A DNA stretch of 63,714 bases, the filler included, from Octopus bimaculoides (lineage: Eukaryota), in the NCBI RefSeq assembly GCF_001194135.2. It is 4 parts of 4 records of this genome, joined end to end, with 100 filler letters (N's around TTAATTAATTAA, not from the genome) between each part and the next. Parts side by side here need not be neighbours in the genome. Positions count along the whole stretch, not along the records: positions 1 to 27,531 come from NC_069007.1; 3 more parts are not named here. One strand, 5' to 3'. The translations under genes and the position numbers were made by a program. Every line of letters begins with the position of its first letter. Positions within the stretch are counted from its first letter, which is position 1. Below, in pieces: positions 1 to 11,419 of this stretch. The notes beneath the pieces were generated by a model that worked only from the letters and a program-made list of their open reading frames with translations, made no database searches and was not told the origin of the DNA.

Positions 1-914
1 TAGCAAATGAAAAAATCCGAAGCTTACACAGTACAGTTGTTGTTGAAGTGTAATTGAGTAGATCGATTATCAAATGCTCTCCAGCTATGACCACCCTACA
101 GTTGTTGTTGAAGTGTAATTGAGTAGATCGATTATCAAATGCTCTCCAGCTATGACCACCCTGTCAGTATCCTTCTTCCTTCCTTCGTTGTTTCGGCCTG
201 ATGGAGTCGTAGGTGGGATGAGCATCATGAAATGCAGTGTGTCTCAGACATTTTAATCTTGGCCTAGTGGTTAAAGTGTTGCATTCATGATCGCAAGATT
301 CTGGTTTCGATTCTCAGACTGGGTGATGCGATGTGTCCTTGAGCAAAATACTTCATTTCATGTTGCTGCAGTCCACTCAGCTGTAAATGAGTAACCCTGT
401 GGTGCACTGGTGTCCCGTCCAGGGGTTTGTTGTGATCTAGGTCACTTCGATGCCGTTGAAACCAAGTACTGGAGGTGCGTGGCTTAGTAGTTAGAGTGTT
501 GGACTCATTCAGGATCGCAAGATTGTGGTTTCAATTATCACCCAGGTTGTGCGTTGTGTTCTTGAGCAAAACACTTCATTCCACGTTAGTCCAGCCCACT
601 CAATGGTAAATGAGCCAGGAGGGGGCTGACAATGACCATGTTCAGATGGTGCTTTTTACATGCCACTGGCACAGGGACCACAACTACAATTTCCATTTGA
701 TTGTGATTTCATTTGATTTGATTTGATATTTATCTGTCTTTATGTTCTGAGTTCAGATTCCGCCATGGTCAACTTTGCTTTTCGCCATTTCGGAGCTGAT
801 AAAATGGGTTTCACTGGAGTCAAAGTAATTGAATTAGATCTTCACTCAAAATTGCTAGCCTTATGCCAAAATTTGAAACCAATGTCTCAAAAACAATCTG
901 TTTTTTAATTTCAG

Positions 915-1212
915 GTGGATGGCAATATTGCTTGCGGCAAAACAGAATTTGCAAAAGGAATTGCTGAAAGTTTTGGTCTTCATTACATGCCTGATATTCA
1001 CCCTGACGAAGTATGGCTCCGAGACAATGGTTTTGACATGAGAGAACTTGATGAACAGTTTTCAGAACCTGCCAATGTATCATACGACCTCAAGAAGTTC
1101 TTAAGTGACCCTGACCCAAAGAAGAGCCTGAAGGTGGGGAGGCCACAAGTGCTTCTGTACCAAATGCGATTCTTCAATTATGTATCAGCATTGGAACATC
1201 TCCTGAACACAG
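915..1212 (+). CDS. NDUFA10: NDUFA10 (complex I 42-kDa subunit, deoxynucleoside-kinase fold), first exon visible in the window: VDGNIACGKTEFAKGIAESFG...ALEHLLNT(G)
   Basis: tttcag acceptor. P-loop-like DGNIACGKT and Y..ALEHLL.TG match NDUFA10. Ends in phase 1 at AG|GCAAGT. Confidence 0.95.
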
Positions 1213-1586
1213 GCAAGTTTCATCTTAATTGGTCTGATATGTTGGGCAAGTGTCTTCTGTTACAGCCTGAAGCTGACCAAAGCCTTGTGAGAAGAATTGG
1301 TCAACAGAAACTGAAGTAACCCATTATGTGTGTGTGTATATATCTGTTATATCATCATCATTGATTAACGTCCGTTTTCCATGCTGGCATGGGTTGGACG
1401 GTTTGGCTGGGGTCTGGAGAGCCAGCAGCTGCACCAGGGTCCAGTCTGGTCAGGCAGAGTTTCTACAACTGGATGCCCTTCCTAACGCCAACCACTCTGA
1501 GAGTATAGTGGATGCTTTTTACATGCCACCAGCACAGGAGCCAGTAAGGTGGGCCTGGCAACGAACACGTTCAGATGGTGCTTATA

Positions 1587-1618
<32 letters not shown>

Positions 1619-1726
1619 ATATATATATATCTTTCATCTTTTACTTGTTTGTCATTAGACCGTGTCCATGCTGGGGCACCGCCTTGAAGAAATTTTTTAC
1701 AGCTTTAATAAAAACAAAATCTTCAG

Positions 1727-1804
<78 letters not shown>

Positions 1805-2434
1805 TCACAGTTATAAATATATATATATATATATATATACTCACAGTGAAGACATGTGGTTTAGTGGTTAGGGTTTTCGGCTCATGATCACGAGGTAGTG
1901 AGTTCAATTCCCAGCGACGCATTGTGTCCTCGAGCAAGACATTTTATTTCATGTTGCTCCAATCCACTCAGCTGGCAAAAATGAATAGTACCTGTAATTC
2001 AAAGGGCTAGTCTTGTAACCTTCCGTGTCATGCTGAATCTCCCTGGAAACTATTAAAAGTACACACATCTGTGGAGTGCTCAGCCACTTGAACATTAATT
2101 TCACGAGCAGGCTTGTTCCGTTGACCAGATTAACTGGGGCCCTTGTCATCATAACTGACGAAGTGCCATAACATACTCATGTGGTATTTTCCATCTTACA
2201 AGTTGATGTTGTATTTAGTGTTGAAAACAAAACATGTGGTGTAAACACTGGAACATCGTTTTTTTTTTTTTACAAATCTGAATGCATTTCACATGGAAGT
2301 TTTGGTCTGAAAATTCCCACTTGTTTACTTTAGAATGAAGTATATTGAAAATTGATTGAAACCTAAGTGGTTGCGTATCTCCACCAAAAAAACAAGAAGG
2401 AAAGAAAATGGCTTAATATACAGTATTGACCCTA

Positions 2435-2480
<46 letters not shown>

Positions 2481-2487
2481 CCCTCAG

Positions 2488-2574
2488 GTCAAGGTGTTGT
2501 AATGGAAAGGAGTGTTTACAGTGACATGGTGTTTCCAGAAGTTTTTACTCAGCTTGGTTATATGAGACCACAAG
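2488..2574 (+). CDS. NDUFA10: NDUFA10 exon: (G)QGVVMERSVYSDMVFPEVFTQLGYMRPQ
   Basis: ccctcag acceptor after a (CT)n tract, G|gtaaga donor, ERS.YSD..F motif, phases 1/1. Confidence 0.95.
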
Positions 2575-3579
2575 GTAAGACGACAAAAAACAACAACAAC
2601 AATTGTTATTCTCTCTCTCTCTCTCTTTCTCTCTCACACAATATTATTTCATTGCTTCACTGGTTTCATTCAATAGGCTGTGGCCATGCTAGAACGTCAC
2701 CAGGACCATCAATGACTTAAATACAGGTTCAACACTGACTTTCTGGATTCTGATGGTCTGGAGCCGCTTATAATCCACCCTAATTTACAAACAGGAACTC
2801 CCAAGTTCCTGCAGCTGCCAAACTAGTTTACTAGATTTAGAGATTAACTCAATGGGAAAGATAAAAATTGGATTGCATAGGATTTGAACTTAGAATGTAA
2901 AGAGGTAGAATTTTATTGATGTTTTTCACTGTTTCTTCTCTCTCTCTCTCTTTCTTTCTCCTATATGTATACACATACACACATGCATGCATATGATGTG
3001 TATGTGTGTGTGTGTGTGTGTATTTTCTGTTTATAAAATATATTTTAAAACTAACATCAGACTTATTAAATCTCTAGTTGTGAAATCTTTCCATACATAA
3101 GACATGTCATATCTTTTTCTCTCTAATGTAAGATCATAAGTTGACTCTTTCGTGTTAAATAAGTCATAGCTCTCTTACAAAAGATATGTCACATCATACA
3201 TCACATCGTAACTCTCGTTTCTTGCATTCTGAGACATATCACCTCTTAACTCTGTCAGTTATGACATACTGGGCTACACATCACATCATAACCCTTCTAT
3301 TCTTTTGTTCAATCTATCTATCATTTTAACATTTAAACTGGTTCAGATGTTATCCCTGTTTTATGTTATTCTGAAAATAAACAGTCACAGCATCAAAATG
3401 CATGATTAATCCAAAACGATGTGATTATATAATCCTTTCATTTAAACAGAATAATCTAAATGCTAAAGGATTAAAAGCATATCTGTGGCTTATAATGACA
3501 ACAGAAGTGCATTTAGTGAGAAGAAGAGAAGCTTAGATACTCTGGGTTTTTTTTAAAGTGTCCTTCACCTGTTTTTCAG

Positions 3580-3704
3580 CCCTCCAGTATTACACCAACA
3601 TGCTGCGTAAATACACTCTTTGTGACTTGTGGAAACCACATCTCTTTATCTACCTGGATGCCCCAATTCCCTATCTCAGGGAAAAGATCAACACTCGAGG
3701 AATT
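3580..3704 (+). CDS. NDUFA10: NDUFA10 exon: (A)LQYYTNMLRKYTLCDLWKPHLFIYLDAPIPYLREKINTRGI
   Basis: tttttcag acceptor, |gtaagt donor, PHL.IYLD.P motif, phases 1/0. Confidence 0.95.
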
Positions 3705-4114
3705 GTAAGTATTGGTGGTGGTGGTGGGGCTCATTTGGCTTAATATTGCAATTATAATGTAAAAACTCAGTGATGCATTTAATTACGAAATACACGTTAA
3801 CAATTTGCAAATTAAATCTCAAATAATTATTAACAGGACTCATCAAAGATTTGTGAGTAATCCATTTACTCTAAACTGTAGTCTAGACTAACTACCAAAC
3901 TATTGTTGCCTATATTGTAACTACCATGCTACAATAATGTATATACCATAGCCACAACACTTAATAGAGTTTATATACCATAAATACAACACTACTACAT
4001 GGTATATACTATAGCCACAACATTAGTAGAGGTTATATACTGTAGCCACAACACTAGTAGATGCTACATATCAGACATGAATAATTTACAAAGAAGTAAT
4101 TTTGATATTATTGT

Positions 4115-4575
4115 TTAACCCTTTCGTTACCAACACCCGGCTCTGGCTCTGAGTACAAATGTCTTGTTTTCATAAGTTTTGAATTAAAATCTTCCACCAA
4201 ACCTTAGTCACAATTATGTTCGTAACACTAGCTTAATGATAACGAAGTTATTTTACTAAATTCTTTCTTATATTTAAAATTAATTGAAAGAAACACAGAG
4301 CATCTCAACAGGAATATGGTAACAAAAGGGTTAACAAATGATTAATTTAACTCTTTTGATACCAAACCGGCTGAAAGCACCTCTTGCTCTGTACTACAAA
4401 TGTCTTGTTTTCATAAGTTTTGAATTAAAATCTTCCACCAAACCTTAGTCACAATTAGTGTTCCTGACACTAGCTGAATGATAACTAAGTTATTTTACTA
4501 AATTCTTTGTTATATTTAAAGTAATTGAAAGAAACATAGAACATCTCAAAATAAATACGGTAACGAAAGGGTTAA
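4115..4575. mobile_element. Two tandem piggyBac-type MITE copies (4115-4334 and 4347-4575)
   Basis: TTAA-CCCTTTCGTTACC...GGTAACAAAAGGG-TTAA ends; the two ~225-bp copies are near-identical. Confidence 0.75.
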
Positions 4576-4627
4576 AATAATATTTTGGTCATATTTATTA
4601 ATTTTTTTAAAATTCTCTCTGTGACAG

Positions 4628-4716
4628 CCTTATGAAGTAAACAGTCCAGTTCTCACAGACGACTTCTTAAGAAGAATCGACAAAGTCTATAAGGAAAAGT
4701 TCTTTCCTTCAATGAA
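4628..4716 (+). CDS. NDUFA10: NDUFA10 exon: PYEVNSPVLTDDFLRRIDKVYKEKFFPSM(K)
   Basis: gtgacag acceptor, AA|gtaagt donor, phases 0/2. Confidence 0.92.
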
Positions 4717-4955
4717 GTAAGTTTGGTAAAATTCCTTTTGCAAAATATTCATCTTTCGTTTCTTCTTCCTCTCCTTTCTCCATCTCAGTTTCACTTCTTG
4801 TGTTTCACAACAATGGTTCTAAATCTTACTTGGTAGCCAGCACCTCACTGTGGAGAATTGTGAGCTCACAGTGTATCCTTTACATGTTTATGATGCTAGA
4901 GTGTATTTTGTGGGAGATTTGGCTGCCATTTTTGTCAAGCTTAGCTACCATATAT

Positions 4956-4995
<40 letters not shown>

Positions 4996-5661
4996 ACGTA
5001 AGATAGTAGAGTGTGATTTAAGAGAAATTTGGCTGCTGTTTCTATGTATATATATATATATATTTGTTTGTGTGTATGTATTTGTCCCGTCTCCACCACC
5101 CCTGCCATCGTTTGACAACCAATGTTGGTGTGTTTACGTCCCTGTAACTTAGTGGTTCAGCAAAAGAGACCTATAGAATAAGCACTAGGCTTACAAAGAA
5201 TAAGTCCTGCGGTCGATTTGTTTAACTAAAGTGGGTGCTCTAGCATGGTCACAGTCAAATGAATGAAACAAATAAAAGACTATATATATATGTGTGTGTG
5301 TGAGAGAGAGTCTGTGTCTAAATTTATTTCTACCCCCATTTGACAGCTGGTATTGCTTTGTCTGGATCTCCGTAACTTAGCAGTTCAGCCCAAGAAACCA
5401 ACAGAATAAGTACAAGACTTAAAAGATAAATACAGGAGGTTGATTTGTTTAACTAATAGTCCTCAAGACGATACCCCAGCATGGCTGCAGTCAGATGGCT
5501 AAAACGTTGAAAAAAAAAAAAAATATCAAGGGTGGTAATTCTTGTAAGTTCAATTAATTGAAATTTCAGATCAAAACTGACAGCAGCAGTTATAACAGAG
5601 TTCATTTTTCTTGCCGAATGATTCAAAACTAATTTGTTTCTTCGTGTTTCTGCTATTCCAG

Positions 5662-5716
5662 GGACCATTCTGAAATATTAACCTATGATGTTTCCAATTT
5701 ACCGGACTGGGAAATT
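5662..5716 (+). CDS. NDUFA10: NDUFA10 exon: DHSEILTYDVSNLPDWEI
   Basis: ttccag acceptor, |gtgagt donor. Phases 2/0 exactly bridge the flanking exons. Confidence 0.9.
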
Positions 5717-6310
5717 GTGAGTATAATCACCATAATCTTCTTTTATGCTTTTGTTTGTTTGTTTGCTTGTTTCAGTCGTATTCTTGTCATTGTTCAAGGA
5801 CTGGTTGCACTATTCAAAGGCTTGTCATAAACAATGTATGGGATGAAAGCGCTAAGCAGTGGTGCATTTTATCATGGAGAAAATTTCTAACAGTAGACAA
5901 ATGGATGCAAATACACTAAGTCAGCTCACAGCGCCACCTAGCCACACTATTGAATGCATGAAATTTTTCTCCATGGCAAAATACAGTGAATGGGTTTCTT
6001 ATGGGTTCACATATGCCTGAAGCATATTTAATTTGCTCGCAAGTTCGTGTGTGTACGATGGGCTTCTTTCAGTTTCAGTCAACCAGATACACTCACAAGG
6101 CTTTGGTCAGCCCAAGGTGACATGCAGTGGGGCTGAACTCAAAACCATGTGGTTGCGAAGCAAACTTCTTACCAAACAGCCACACCTGGACTTTAAGTCT
6201 TAATTAATAATAGAAAGAATTTGTTTTTAATCAGTATTTTGTTATTTTCCTTGTTCCATGCTTTTGTTTGAGTTGGTTGCTATTTCTGTGCAAATCTCTG
6301 TTTATTCCAG

Positions 6311-6420
6311 ATTGTTGAAGAATTAGAAGAATTGAACTTGGTCAAAGATGAAGAGAATCCAGAAAAGTTCAAAGTTTGGCGCCAGAGACATGAAGATGAT
6401 TTCAACAACTATCGCATGGT
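6311..6420 (+). CDS. NDUFA10: NDUFA10 exon: IVEELEELNLVKDEENPEKFKVWRQRHEDDFNNYRM(V)
   Basis: ttccag acceptor, GT|gtatgt donor, phases 0/2. Confidence 0.92.
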
Positions 6421-7117
6421 GTATGTACAACCATATTTTGTTGTTCTTCATCTTTATTATTAATCTTATTATTATTATTATTATTATTATTAAATGCTTA
6501 GTGGTATTTTGCACATTGCTACATTCTGAGTTCAAATTCCGCTGAGGTCGACTTTGCTTTTCGTCCTTTTCACCTCCAAAATTTCAGGCCTTGTGCCTAT
6601 AGTAGAAAAGATTATTATTACTATTATTATTGTTCGATGAACTTACAGAATTGTTAGCTTGCTGGGCAAAGATAGTTAGCAGCATTTCTTTCAGACCTTT
6701 ATGTGTTCAGCTCAAATTGCACCTAGGTCAGCTTTGCCTTTCATTCTTTCAGGGTCGATAAATAAAATACCAGTTGGATGCTGAGGTCACTGTGATCAAT
6801 TAACCTTACCATCTCCAGTTGTTAACCCTCTGCCAAAATTCGAAATGATTATTATCCTTTTTCTTTCAACCTCCTCCTCCTCCTTCTTCTTTAACCCTAG
6901 GTCATTTCATCATCCTGCAAACATACAATAACAGACAATCCAGCTAACACCTGATGCACCACTACAAAGATGGGATGGTCGCAGCTGGAATGCCTCCAAT
7001 TACAAAGTTTACTGGATTAGGGCTGACCTGGGGCTTAATTATAATGACATGACCATTAATCTTGTATTTATCCAGGATTATTGTGAATATTTTGTTTGTA
7101 TTTTTTTTTTGTTTCAG

Positions 7118-7232
7118 TGTCTCAATGAAGGATACCCTGGGGCCCCTGTTTGTGCTTGAACCCCCACTGAAGGCACCGGAGCTGATGATTCACGGAGAAA
7201 ATTTTATTGATTATGAGAGAGTCATCAACATA
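7118..7232 (+). CDS. NDUFA10: NDUFA10 exon: VSMKDTLGPLFVLEPPLKAPELMIHGENFIDYERVINI
   Basis: tttcag acceptor, |gttagt donor, phases 2/0. Confidence 0.88.
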
Positions 7233-7936
7233 GTTAGTTATCTACCTTCTTTTTGTCTTCTTTCATCATCATCATTGTTTAACATCAGCTTTTCCATGCT
7301 GGCATGGGTTGGACGGTTTGACTGGACTGGCAAGCCAGGAGGCTGCACCAGGCTCCAATCTGATTTGGTAAGATTTCTACAGCTGGATGCTCTTCCTAAT
7401 GCCAACCACTCCAAAAGTGTAATAGGTGCTTTTTTACATGCCACCGGCATGGGAGCCAATCAGGCAGCGCTGGCATCGACCACAATCGAATGGTGCTTTT
7501 TGCTAGTGTGCTAGTGTGTTTATGTCCCTGTAACTTTGGCAAAAGAGATCGAGAAGAGGAAGAGATCATAAATTAAAAACAGAACACAAAGGCTATGAAG
7601 CTTGAAACACGTGTACCGCAATATCCTTTGTGTTCTGTTTTTAATTTATGTTTGATATATTCTCTCACCTCTGCCACTATCTGGCATATACACTTATCAA
7701 GTATTCCCTCTAAACTTACACTATCTATATATATATTTATATATGGGAGAATTTACGAAAAAAACAACAGACGAAGACAGGTGGTGTAAACAACAAATGG
7801 ATGTATTAGTTTAACGCTCAGGAATAGAGAAAGTCTTTGACGTTTCGAGCTACGCTCTGAAAAGAACACAGAAAGAAATAAGGAGAGAAACAAGGAGAAA
7901 AAAATATAAATGTAGTGGTCAGTGATCTATCATGGC

Positions 7937-7972
<36 letters not shown>

Positions 7973-8476
7973 NNNNNNNNNNNNNNNNNNNNNNNNNNNN
8001 NNNNNNNNNNNNNNNNNNNNNNNNNNNNNNNNNNNNNNNNNNNNNNNNNNNNNNNNNNNNNNNNNNNNNNNNNNNNNNNNNNNNNNNNNNNNNNNNNNNN
8101 NNNNNNNNNNNNNNNNNNNNNNNNNNNNNNNNNNNNNNNNNNNNNNNNNNNNNNNNNNNNNNNNNNNNNNNNNNNNNNNNNNNNNNNNNNNNNNNNNNNN
8201 NNNNNNNNNNNNNNNNNNNNNNNNNNNNNNNNNNNNNNNNNNNNNNNNNNNNNNNNNNNNNNNNNNNNNNNNNNNNNNNNNNNNNNNNNNNNNNNNNNNN
8301 NNNNNNNNNNNNNNNNNNNNNNNNNNNNNNNNNNNNNNNNNNNNNNNNNNNNNNNNNNNNNNNNNNNNNNNNNNNNNNNNNNNNNNNNNNNNNNNNNNNN
8401 NNNNNNNNNNNNNNNNNNNNNNTACTTTTCTTAAATTTTCTAATTCTAATTTCTACTTTTCTTAAATTTTTTTCAG

Positions 8477-8542
8477 AATCCTGCAGCTTATTATGAAAAA
8501 GGTTTTAATCCTGAAGAAAGGAATGTCTACTTCAAACTTTAA
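8477..8542 (+). CDS. NDUFA10: NDUFA10 terminal exon: NPAAYYEKGFNPEERNVYFKL*
   Basis: tttcag acceptor. Resembles the Y..G(Y/F)N C-terminus of NDUFA10. TAA at 8540-8542. Confidence 0.9.
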   Translation, partial: NPAAYYEKGFNPEERNVYFKL

Positions 8543-8633
8543 TTTCCGTTGGGTTTTTTTTTTTTTTTTGTTGTTTCCTTCGAGAGGATGACTTCACCAT
8601 TTCTTTTAGTTGATGTCTCTTTAGGTTTAAAAC

Positions 8634-8639
8634 AATAAA
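8634..8639 (+). promoter_or_regulatory. Candidate polyadenylation signal of NDUFA10
   Basis: AATAAA about 90 nt after the stop codon. Confidence 0.5.
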
Positions 8640-8814
8640 AAATTTAATTAAACACCTGTGTGATGGAATTTTTAATTAATTAATATAATGCAAAATCGTG
8701 ATGGCACCTGTGCCCAGCATCACCTTTCTTGGCACTGGATAATGTAAGTTGTGAGTTTTTGTTGTTTATTTAATCCTTTTGTATTTTCAAAATTAATTAA
8801 AACTCATTATTGGT

Positions 8815-10240
8815 ATACGAGGTAGAATAAAAAAAAAAAGCTCTCTGACTAGTTCTGTAGCATGCCAATAGATGGCAGCACACAGTTGTATGCACAGTGA
8901 GAGCTAGCAGTGACCGTCATGAGTCAGTGTGTCGAGTGACACTGGTGTGTATGCTTTGCAAGTTTTGAAATTTGTGTCTTTGTGATTACGTCTATACTGT
9001 AGTCTGTGATTTTGTCATGGACAAGAACAAGGAGCCAACGGGAAATTTTGCATCCCTGGAGAACCTACCATGAGTGTCACGCCCAGTAATGTGGTGTTGT
9101 GCATTGAGAATTCGTCTCTCAGGGCCAGACCATTCAATCAAGAGTTCGGCACTGTCATGGTATTAGTTGTCAGAAGTGAAAGTAGAAAAATCTGACAAGG
9201 AACGTTACTGCTGGTTTGAGTTGATTCTTTGGCTACTGACAGGCCGGAGCTATCTGTCTGTCTGTCTGCCTGCCTGACTGGCCGGAGCTATCTATCTATC
9301 TGTCTCTCTGTCTGCCTATCTCTATATCTATCTGTCTATCTGTCACTCGTCCACCTTCGTTTGTGTCCGTAGAATTTATCAAATTAGAAAACGCAAATTT
9401 AATATAAAAAAATATAATTTTCAACAGAGAGAATTTATCGAAATAGAAAACAAATAAAGTTGAAAAACAATAATGAATAATGCAAAAATATATTTATTTA
9501 TAGAGTTTAAACTGAACATGGAATGAAATTTATTTATTTATAAACTTTAAACTGAACTTCATTTGTTTAAATTCTACGGAAACAAGCGAAGGTGGACGAG
9601 TGACAGATAGACAGACAGACAGATAGATAGATAGCTCCGGCCAGTCAGGCAGGCAGGCAGACAGACAGACATAGATAGCTCCGGCCAGTCAGTAGCCAAA
9701 GAATCAACTCAAACCAGCAGTAACGTTCCTTGTCAGATTTTTCTACTTTCACTTCTGACAGCTAATACCATGACAGTGCCAAGAGTTCTGCTGTGGTGTT
9801 TTGAAGCGTTTGAGGGCAAACATTCGGCGAAAGTGACCAGATCTGTGGAGTGCGAAGAAATGGATCCTTCGCGATGACTGCACCTTGTTACCGAGCTTTC
9901 TTCATTCATGAATTTCTCACCAAGAACATTAAGGTATCGCTTCCGCACCTATTTGCCAGATTTGGTACCTGTGGACTTCCATCTCTTCCCCCAAGGTGAA
10001 AATGCAGTTCAAAGGTTGTCATTTTAGAACCGTTGTCGAGATCCAGAGCGAATCACAGAAGGTCCTGGACTTGTTTACGGGAAACGACTTCTAGGCCTGT
10101 TTCCAAAAGTTGCAGGAACACTCGGACCATTGTATTGTTGCGCAGTGACAATTTCAAAGGAGATGGTGATAAAACTTACGTAAATAAGTTATTTTTTATG
10201 GAACATAACTAACCCAGGAACATTTTTGATATTTCATTAT
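8815..10240 (+). mobile_element. Decayed mariner transposon, interrupted by a foldback MITE; outer ends approximate
   Basis: Remnants EFVSQGQTINQEFC...LKRLRANIRRK*PDLW and PDL.PVDFHLFPKVK join up across the 9148-9780 insert. Confidence 0.8.
9148..9780. mobile_element. Foldback MITE with ~220-bp inverted arms and an 8-bp TSD (Merlin-like)
   Basis: Arms 9148-9378 and 9568-9780 are reverse complements. AAGAGTTC is duplicated at 9140-9147 and 9781-9788. Ends are GGCAC...GTGCC. Confidence 0.8.
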
Positions 10241-10690
10241 ATCAGTCCCTGAAGGATGAAAAACAGTCAGCGTTAGTCTTTTATTATAATTTCATTGAAG
10301 TCAAGGATATTTTATAGGACTACTAAATCTACTCCAATATTTCATTGCTACTTTATTCTATTATCCTCATGTTGCTTGCTGTAACACAAAGCTGATAATG
10401 GTAAGATGTAACTTAGAATGCAAAAAAGCTATAACTAAACACACTGGAACATGTTGCCAGACGTTCTGGGAACTCTGTTAATTTTCACAAAACACTACTA
10501 CAGCTATCGATCCCGAAAGGATGAAAGGCAAAGTCGACCTCGGTGGAATTTGAACTCAGAACGCAGTGGCAGACGAAATACCGCTAAGCATTTCGTCAAG
10601 CGTGCTAACGACTCTTCCAGCTCGCTACCTCCACATATGTAAATGATAATTTTACTACTGCTGCTGCTGCTACTACTAATGATAATAATA

Positions 10691-10947
10691 ATAGAGTCAA
10701 AATTAAAAGGAGAGTGTTATTGTCACCGAGTGAACGATATTTCGATATCTCGTGTGTCTTCAACAGGTTCAAAAAATAATTTTGTCAATCTACTTCATTT
10801 TCCTTAATATATAAAGGATTGAGGTAACCCCTCCAGAATGAACCTGTGGAAGACGCACAAGATGTCGAAATATCGTTCACTAGATGACAATGGCACTCTA
10901 CTTTTAATTTTGACTCTATATCTTCTGGAGGAGTTACCTCAATCCTT
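10691..10947. repeat. Penelope-like pLTR fragment in inverted duplication, each copy carrying a minimal hammerhead-like motif
   Basis: 81-bp arms at 10691-10771 and 10839-10919; a second 25-bp pair at 10814-10838 and 10923-10947. Confidence 0.65.
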
Positions 10948-11303
10948 AATGATAATAATAATTGAGGCTATAAACGCAAAACAAGCAAAATACCTCAGAA
11001 TAAATAACGTATTCCATACAGCAACATATAAACAAAACTACAGTTAATTGAAATCTGAACAAACACTTTTAAAACCATGCTTCTACTGTAATAGGAGTAG
11101 AGGTGATTATAAGACTAGAATTCAATTGGATTTAAAAAGTAAGGCTATCACTTTCAACTGGATATCAACGCAAAGCGTTTGTTTGAATCGTTTCACTTTC
11201 GAAACCGTTGTGAGTGATAGACCTTTGATGAAACTGCAGCGACTAGAAAGCATAATTGTATACAAAGCAGTGTGCAGTCGCTGCTGTCGAAACATTAAGT
11301 AGC

Positions 11304-11419
11304 TCAGGTGCATATGCCGTAGAAAGCTTTTAGATAAAGAAGTTGTCTGGTATGAATAAAATCTCCACACTTCTCTTCGTAATCAACGTCATTAAATACT
11401 CTTTGGAATATTTGCGTTT
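11304..11419 (-). CDS. Repeat-domain gene, probable terminal exon: (E)TQIFQRVFNDVDYEEKCGDFIHTRQLLYLKAFYGICT*
   Basis: ctcctattcag acceptor. The phase-1 start fits the preceding exon; 37 open codons then TGA. Confidence 0.6.

Noticed and set aside
32-161. Exact 65-bp tandem duplication
   Set aside because: Two identical copies with no spacer; not a CRISPR array. It is an ordinary duplication or an assembly artefact.
1641-1937. IYIY- and CVCV-rich ORFs and X-filled ORFs throughout the ORF track
   Set aside because: They are (TA)n and (TG)n microsatellites and N gaps.
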